Source of the DNA: Candidatus Latescibacterota bacterium
GTDB lineage: Bacteria > Latescibacterota > UBA2968 > UBA8231
Reading direction: 5' to 3'
Assembly (NCBI GenBank): GCA_965203175.1
Contig: OZ241867.1
Span: forward strand, 992,001 to 1,056,000
DNA length: 64,000 nucleotides
Shown here: one piece after another, positions 63,620-64,000 of the stretch
Numbering within the stretch: position 1 is the stretch's first letter
Layout: the number at the start of each line of letters is the position of its first letter
The notes under the pieces: generated by a model
What the model saw: only the letters and a program-made list of their open reading frames with translations
The model's database searches: none
What the model was told of the DNA's origin: nothing
Position numbers and translations under genes: made by a program

Positions 63620-64000
63620 ATGTCGGACAACGCACCCAAGGGCGCAGTGACCAACCCATTTGCCCTCAGCACGGACGACGGCTACACCTGGCTCAAGGGC
63701 AACCTCCACTCGCACACGACCAATTCCGACGGCAGGGCCACGCCGCAAGAGCGGCTCGACGGCTATGTCGGCCAGGGCTACGACTTCCTCTGCCTGTCCG
63801 ACCACCACAAACTCACCTTTATCGATACCGTGCAGGCCCCAGGCGACTTCGTGCTCATCCAGGGGGCCGAACTGCATCCGGACAATCCCTTCGGCGGCCA
63901 GCGGCACCACTTCGTCTGTCTCAATTTCCACGAGGACATAAACGCGGAGAAGATGCCGCCCCAGCACGTCATCGACGAGGTCCGCCGCCAAGGCGGTGCT
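63620..64000 (+). CDS. PHP / CehA-McbA family metallohydrolase (3' truncated by window)
   Basis: Not in the ORF track; ATG 63620 after AAGGA reads MSDNAPKG...WLKGNLHSHTTNSDG...GYDFLCLSDH. Confidence 0.8.
   Translation, partial: MSDNAPKGAVTNPFALSTDDGYTWLKGNLHSHTTNSDGRATPQERLDGYVGQGYDFLCLSDHHKLTFIDTVQAPGDFVLIQGAELHPDNPFGGQRHHFVCLNFHEDINAEKMPPQHVIDEVRRQGGA

Overview
64 kb of a GC-rich bacterial chromosome. Four large paralogous secreted FlgD-Ig-tailed proteins, a Cache protein with a WGxLK tail and many PhyH, sulfatase and UxuA-type enzymes suggest Ca. Latescibacterota or a relative (inference). Core genes include argF (partial), moaC, icd, lipB, a stand-alone CIRCE-controlled groEL, hemF and psd. 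A divergent sigma54/IHF-driven nitrate-assimilation locus carries a ferredoxin-DmsC fusion, a nitrate reductase, an ABC transporter and a porin on one side and nirBD on the other. Also present are a Phd/RelE toxin-antitoxin pair, a dgcN-dgcA-C39 peptidase operon and an orphan PaeR7I/XhoI-like methyltransferase. The main novelty is a compositionally foreign, partly decayed 8.4 kb minus-strand cluster (35.1-43.5 kb). It encodes HlyD, a candidate precursor peptide bracketed by a 17-bp inverted repeat, a CPBP protease, a peptidase-less ABC exporter, a BtrH-like protein, an S8 protease-DUF1611/TIGR04066-like fusion, an ACP and a glycosyltransferase remnant, and is a putative acylated (lipo)peptide RiPP system without a radical SAM enzyme. 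A second striking signal is a triple nested in-frame insertion of a 24-27 bp palindromic element inside dgcA, with a fourth copy that appears to have rewritten the stop of the nearby kinase. No rRNA, tRNA, CRISPR array or transposase was recognised. Family assignments are from motif recognition, not database searches.
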